From Escherichia coli (GTDB lineage Bacteria > Pseudomonadota > Gammaproteobacteria > Enterobacterales > Enterobacteriaceae), in assembly GCF_013122565.1 (NCBI RefSeq), contig NZ_CP053258.1: 64,000 bases of DNA. One strand, given 5' to 3'. The notes below the pieces were generated by a model. That model made no database searches, was not told where the DNA came from, and worked only from the letters and a program-made list of their open reading frames with translations. The stretch's first letter is position 1, and each line of letters opens with the position of its first letter. Below are positions 58,797-64,000 of this stretch, in pieces. A program made the translations under genes and the position numbers.

Positions 58797-60035
58797 TTAA
58801 TCAGACTTTGGGCAACGTTGTTCCTTCCAGCTGGCTACCGCCGCAATCCGCCGTCGGGTCAGCTCCTCGCGAATCTCCACACCTTTAAATCCCGCTTCAA
58901 CGACGGCTTTTGTCGGCACTGACTGCGCCACTTCCCAGGCTTCGCGCAACCAGCGGCCTTGCGGGTAGTCCGCCGATTCAAAACCGGTTCTGCCGCGCAC
59001 GTCAGCTTCGCTGGTCAGCGCCAGTTGCTCGACACGCTGCGGTTTACGCCAGGCGTCAATGGAATCAAACAATTTAACAATGGTTTTCGGATTCAGCATT
59101 GGGAAGGTGTGGATGAGATCGTGAAACTCAGCCACCAGTCTGGCTAAATGGCGAATTTCATTTGGCACGCGCAGACGCTGACAGAGTTGTTCCACTAACT
59201 TAACACCCGCCGGGCCATGACCATGATGACGCGGCCAAAGTTCTGGCGGCGTCAGTCCTTTACCGAGATCGTGGCATAAAGTTGCGAAACGGACATCGAC
59301 CTGCGGACTCAGCATCGCCGCCATTGAGAGCGTCATTAAGGTATGAATACCGGTGTCGATTTCCGGATGCCACCTGGCAGGGGCCGGAACGCCGAATAAT
59401 GCGTCAATTTCCGGGAATAAAACGCGCAGTGCGCCGCAATCGCGCAGTATCTGGAAGAACACCTGGGGATTGCGGGTGGTTAGGGCGCTTTCCGTCTCTT
59501 TCCACACCCGTTCAGGCGTCAGATGTTCCAGTTCACCCGCGTGGGTCATCTCGCGCATTAGCGTCAGAGTTTCATCGGCAATACGAAAACCGAGGTGGGC
59601 ATAACGCGCAGCAAAACGCGCCACGCGCAGCACGCGTAGCGGATCTTCACCAAAAGCCGGGGAAACATGGCGCAACAGACGATTTTGCAGATCGCCCAGA
59701 CCGTTGTACGGGTCGATAATCTCGCCGTTATCGTCCTGGGCCAGCGCATTAATGGTCAGATCGCGACGCTTAAGATCATCTTCCAGCGTGACATCCGGTG
59801 CGGCATAGCAGGTAAAACCGGTGTAACCGGAACCGGATTTCCGTTCGGTACGTGCCAGCGCATACTCTTCATGCGTTTGCGGATGCAGAAAAACAGGAAA
59901 ATCGCGGCCTACCTGCTGGTAGCCCGCGTCGAGCATCTCCTGTGGCGTACTGCCGACCACCACCCAATCTCTGTCTTTGACCGGTAGCCCTAACAACGCA
60001 TCCCGAACAGCACCACCGACCAGATAAATCTTCAC
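58797..60035 (-). CDS. cca: tRNA CCA-adding nucleotidyltransferase/phosphohydrolase, 412 aa
   Basis: [28 protein letters not shown]... with C-terminal HD domain. Confidence 0.95.
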   Translation of the reverse strand: MKIYLVGGAVRDALLGLPVKDRDWVVVGSTPQEMLDAGYQQVGRDFPVFLHPQTHEEYALARTERKSGSGYTGFTCYAAPDVTLEDDLKRRDLTINALAQDDNGEIIDPYNGLGDLQNRLLRHVSPAFGEDPLRVLRVARFAARYAHLGFRIADETLTLMREMTHAGELEHLTPERVWKETESALTTRNPQVFFQILRDCGALRVLFPEIDALFGVPAPARWHPEIDTGIHTLMTLSMAAMLSPQVDVRFATLCHDLGKGLTPPELWPRHHGHGPAGVKLVEQLCQRLRVPNEIRHLARLVAEFHDLIHTFPMLNPKTIVKLFDSIDAWRKPQRVEQLALTSEADVRGRTGFESADYPQGRWLREAWEVAQSVPTKAVVEAGFKGVEIREELTRRRIAAVASWKEQRCPKSD

Positions 60036-60098
60036 GCCATCATCCCTTCGTCAAATACACAATTCCTAATAATAAGACAGTGCAACGAAGAAGGCGAT

Positions 60099-60719
60099 TT
60101 AGTTCATCCAGCGATCTTTGCGTTTGCGCGTTGGGATCAGGTGCGGCAGTACCAGACCGAGCAGCAAGCCAAGCCCCAGCACGCCACCGCCATACATAAA
60201 CCATTGCATGATGATGGTGCGCTGTTTGTCATCCAGCTGTACGCTGGCGGCATCGACCTTTTTCTGCGCGACAATCAGCTCGTTTTTCAGTTTCTGATTT
60301 TCTTCTTTTAACCCGTTGATCACGCTGTCGCTCTGCGCCACTTTTTGCTGCATTTCTGCGGTGCGCTGATTCCAGGTGTTATCGATATTGGTGAGTTTAT
60401 CGGTCAGGGTTTTGACCTGATTTTCCAGATCTGGCACACGGGAGCGCAGGCTTGGTTCAGTGCTAAGTTGTTTCAACGGGATCCAGGCGGTACGGCCAGA
60501 GCTGTCTTTCACCTGGGCATAATTGGTGTTGGCGTCAGTTTGTAATAAGGTCACTTCCTCGCCGGCGTTAACCGTGCCCACGAGGCGATAATGATCTCCC
60601 GGACCGCTGCGGACCCAGGTATTCAGTTCGTCGGAAACATAGCGCGTTTCTTCAGCGTGTGAGACGGCAGTCGCGCTAAGTGCGAGTAAAGTTAATCCGA
60701 TCAGGCGTAATTTTGGCAT
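60099..60719 (-). CDS. ygiM: SH3-domain membrane protein, 206 aa
   Basis: 206-aa ORF with signal peptide, coiled-coil region and C-terminal transmembrane segment; synteny. Confidence 0.85.
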   Translation of the reverse strand: MPKLRLIGLTLLALSATAVSHAEETRYVSDELNTWVRSGPGDHYRLVGTVNAGEEVTLLQTDANTNYAQVKDSSGRTAWIPLKQLSTEPSLRSRVPDLENQVKTLTDKLTNIDNTWNQRTAEMQQKVAQSDSVINGLKEENQKLKNELIVAQKKVDAASVQLDDKQRTIIMQWFMYGGGVLGLGLLLGLVLPHLIPTRKRKDRWMN

Positions 60720-60960
60720 CAGGCTGTCGTTATTGTCATGGAAAGTGGAACGATAGTAGTGGCATCAGTGTCGCTACGCAAAGCATTCGACATCAATCGG
60801 AATCCTCTGTGTCAGGTCTTGCCACTGCTTCAAACTTTTACGCCCGTCAAATTGCCCGTTGCATGGCAATTTGGCGCAAAATACTATCTACTGACAAAAA
60901 AGATCGCATTAAGTTCGCCGTTCATCGTCACTTATGTGACATAACCGATAAGTAAAGGCT

Positions 60961-62262
60961 ATGGCTCAGGAAATCGAATTAAAGTTTATTGTTAATCACA
61001 GTGCCGTTGAGGCGTTGCGTGACCATCTCAATACGCTGGGCGGCGAGCACCATGACCCCGTGCAGTTGCTGAATATTTACTACGAAACGCCGGATAACTG
61101 GCTGCGTGGGCACGACATGGGCTTACGTATTCGTGGCGAAAACGGTCGCTATGAGATGACCATGAAAGTTGCAGGAAGAGTGACAGGCGGCTTACACCAG
61201 CGCCCGGAATATAACGTGGCGTTGAGCGAATCGACGCTCGACCTGGAGCAGTTACCGACGGAAGTCTGGCCGAACGGCGAATTGCCCGCCGATCTCGCCT
61301 CCCGCGTACAACCGCTGTTCAGCACCGATTTTTATCGCGAAAAGTGGCTGGTAGAGGTTGATGGTAGCCAAATTGAAATCGCCCTCGACCAGGGGGAAGT
61401 GAAAGCGGGTGAATTTGCTGAACCTATCTGCGAGCTGGAACTGGAACTGCTTAGCGGCGACATGCGTGCGGTGCTGAAACTGGCGAACCAACTGGTATCG
61501 CAAACCGGATTACGCCAGGGCAGCCTGAGCAAAGCGGCGCGTGGCTATCATCTGGCGCAGGGCAATCCGGCGCGTGAAATCAAACCGACCACCATTTTAC
61601 ATGTTGCGGCAAAAGCGGATGTCGAGCAGGGGCTGGAAGCGGCGCTCGAGCTGGCGTTAGCGCAATGGCAGTATCATGAAGAGCTGTGGATACGCGGCAA
61701 CGATGCGGCGAAAGAGCAGGTGCTGGCAGCCATTGGCCTGGTCCGTCATACGCTGATGCTGTTCGGTGGCATTGTGCCGCGTAAAGCGAGCACTCACTTA
61801 CGTGATTTACTGACTCAATGCGAAGCGACCATAGCTTCTGCGGTGTCTGCCGTGACGGCGGTCTACTCTACCGAAACGGCAATGGCGAAGCTGGCGTTGA
61901 CCGAATGGCTGGTAAGCAAAGCCTGGCAGCCGTTTTTAGATGCCAAAGCGCAGAGTAAAATGAGCGATTCCTTCAAACGCTTTGCCGATATCCATCTTTC
62001 CCGCCATGCCGCTGAACTGAAAAGCGTTTTCTGCCAGCCGTTGGGCGATCGCTACCGTGACCAGTTGCCACGCCTGACGCGTGATATTGACTCAATACTG
62101 TTGCTGGCGGGTTACTATGATCCTGTCGTCGCGCAAGCCTGGCTGGAGAACTGGCAGGGGCTGCGTCACGCTATTGCGACCGGGCAACGCATCGAAATTG
62201 AACATTTCCGTAATGAGGCAAACAATCAGGAACCGTTCTGGTTGCACAGCGGAAAACGTTAA
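60961..62262 (+). CDS. ygiF: Inorganic triphosphatase (CYTH plus CHAD domains), 433 aa
   Basis: [24 protein letters not shown]... CYTH N-terminus; synteny upstream of glnE. Confidence 0.9.
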   Translation: MAQEIELKFIVNHSAVEALRDHLNTLGGEHHDPVQLLNIYYETPDNWLRGHDMGLRIRGENGRYEMTMKVAGRVTGGLHQRPEYNVALSESTLDLEQLPTEVWPNGELPADLASRVQPLFSTDFYREKWLVEVDGSQIEIALDQGEVKAGEFAEPICELELELLSGDMRAVLKLANQLVSQTGLRQGSLSKAARGYHLAQGNPAREIKPTTILHVAAKADVEQGLEAALELALAQWQYHEELWIRGNDAAKEQVLAAIGLVRHTLMLFGGIVPRKASTHLRDLLTQCEATIASAVSAVTAVYSTETAMAKLALTEWLVSKAWQPFLDAKAQSKMSDSFKRFADIHLSRHAAELKSVFCQPLGDRYRDQLPRLTRDIDSILLLAGYYDPVVAQAWLENWQGLRHAIATGQRIEIEHFRNEANNQEPFWLHSGKR

Positions 62263-62284
62263 TCAGGCAAGGATAAAATCGCTT

Positions 62285-64000
62285 ATGAAGCCGCTCTCTT
62301 CACCGTTACAGCAGTACTGGCAGACCGTTGTTGAGCGGCTGCCAGAGCCTTTAGCCGAGGAATCACTTAGCGCACAGGCGAAGTCAGTACTTACTTTCAG
62401 TGATTTTGTGCAGGACAGCATAAGTGCGCATCCAGAGTGGCTGACGGAACTGGAAAGCCAACCGCCGCAGGCCGACGAATGGCAGCATTACGTTGCATGG
62501 TTGCAGGAGGCGCTCATTAATGTGAGTGACGAAGCCGGGTTAATGCGCGAGCTGCGACTGTTCCGTCGGCGCATCATGGTACGTATCGCCTGGGCGCAAA
62601 CGCTGGCACTGGTTACTGAAGAGAGCATATTGCAGCAGCTCAGCTATCTGGCGGAGACGCTGATTGTTGCGGCGCGTGACTGGCTATATGACGCCTGCTG
62701 CCGCGAGTGGGGAACGCCGTGCAATGCGCAGGGCGAAGCGCAACCGCTGCTGATTTTAGGCATGGGTAAGCTGGGCGGTGGGGAACTGAATTTCTCCTCT
62801 GATATCGATCTGATTTTTGCCTGGCCGGAACATGGTTGTACGCAGGGGGGACGCCGGGAACTGGATAACGCGCAGTTTTTTACCCGCATGGGGCAGCGGC
62901 TGATTAAAGTGCTGGATCAACCAACGCAGGATGGCTTCGTCTATCGCGTGGATATGCGGCTGCGTCCGTTTGGCGAAAGTGGCCCGCTGGTGCTGAGCTT
63001 TGCGGCGCTGGAAGATTATTACCAGGAGCAGGGGCGCGACTGGGAGCGTTACGCGATGGTCAAGGCGCGGATTATGGGCGATAGCGATGGTGTCTATGCT
63101 AACGAGTTGCGTGCGATGCTGCGCCCGTTTGTTTTCCGCCGTTACATCGATTTCAGCGTGATTCAGTCGCTGCGCAACATGAAAGGAATGATTGCCCGTG
63201 AAGTGCGTCGACGCGGTTTGACCGACAACATCAAACTCGGCGCAGGCGGCATTCGCGAAATTGAATTTATCGTCCAGGTGTTCCAGCTCATTCGCGGCGG
63301 GCGCGAACCGTCGCTGCAATCGCGCTCTTTACTGCCCACACTCAGCGCCATTGCCGCGCTACATCTGCTTTCTGAAAACGATGCTGAACAATTGCGAGTG
63401 GCGTATCTGTTCCTGCGGCGTCTGGAAAACCTGCTGCAAAGCATTAACGACGAACAAACCCAGACGCTTCCTTCTGATGAGCTTAACCGTGCGCGGCTGG
63501 CGTGGGCGATGGACTTTGCTGACTGGCCGCAACTGACCGGGGCGCTGACCGCACATATGACCAATGTGCGCCGGGTGTTTAATGAATTGATTGGCGACGA
63601 TGAAAGTGAAACTCAGGAAGAGTCGCTGTCGGAACAGTGGCGTGAGTTGTGGCAGGATGCGTTGCAGGAAGATGACACCACGCCAGTGCTGGCGCATCTT
63701 AGCGAGGATGATCGCAAACAGGTGCTGACGCTGATTGCCGATTTCCGCAAAGAGCTGGATAAGCGCACAATCGGGCCGCGAGGACGTCAGGTGCTCGACC
63801 ATCTGATGCCGCATCTGCTAAGTGATGTCTGTGCGCGTGACGACGCTGCTGTCACGCTGTCGCGCATTACCGCCTTGCTGGTGGGGATTGTTACCCGCAC
63901 CACCTATTTAGAATTGCTCAGTGAATTCCCTGCGGCGCTTAAGCATTTGATTTCTCTGTGTGCCGCATCGCCGATGATTGCCAGCCAGCTAGCGCGTTAT
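62285..64000 (+). CDS. glnE: Glutamine synthetase adenylyltransferase; N-terminal part, 3' end outside the window
   Basis: ATG at 62285 gives [21 protein letters not shown]...; open frame continues past the window end. Confidence 0.9.
   Translation, partial: MKPLSSPLQQYWQTVVERLPEPLAEESLSAQAKSVLTFSDFVQDSISAHPEWLTELESQPPQADEWQHYVAWLQEALINVSDEAGLMRELRLFRRRIMVRIAWAQTLALVTEESILQQLSYLAETLIVAARDWLYDACCREWGTPCNAQGEAQPLLILGMGKLGGGELNFSSDIDLIFAWPEHGCTQGGRRELDNAQFFTRMGQRLIKVLDQPTQDGFVYRVDMRLRPFGESGPLVLSFAALEDYYQEQGRDWERYAMVKARIMGDSDGVYANELRAMLRPFVFRRYIDFSVIQSLRNMKGMIAREVRRRGLTDNIKLGAGGIREIEFIVQVFQLIRGGREPSLQSRSLLPTLSAIAALHLLSENDAEQLRVAYLFLRRLENLLQSINDEQTQTLPSDELNRARLAWAMDFADWPQLTGALTAHMTNVRRVFNELIGDDESETQEESLSEQWRELWQDALQEDDTTPVLAHLSEDDRKQVLTLIADFRKELDKRTIGPRGRQVLDHLMPHLLSDVCARDDAAVTLSRITALLVGIVTRTTYLELLSEFPAALKHLISLCAASPMIASQLARY

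Overview
This window reads as an Escherichia coli-type chromosomal segment, gene-for-gene syntenic with the K-12 yhaO–glnE region in reverse orientation. It holds about 55 conserved genes, including cyuA/yhaM, yhaLKJ, yqjG–yqjA, exuR/exuT, uxaCA, sstT, alx, rlmG, fadH, ebgRAC, patA, aer, rpoD-dnaG-rpsU, ttdABT/ttdR and cca, plus one tRNA (ileX) and several REP/BIME repeat blocks. The main departure from that backbone is an AT-rich insertion of roughly 5.3 kb between exuR and exuT (about 10380–15725). It carries a four-gene operon whose order, sizes and protein motifs match class 5 (CS1/CFA-I-type, alternate chaperone-usher) fimbriae: chaperone, major pilin, usher, tip adhesin. No integrase, transposase or cognate regulator is visible next to it. 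Two smaller departures are a higB toxin reduced to a C-terminal remnant beside an intact higA, and a single DUF805 gene where K-12 has the tandem pair yhaH-yhaI. All calls rest on reading the sequence and the supplied ORF track plus recalled family knowledge; no database search was run, so gene names are synteny- and memory-based.
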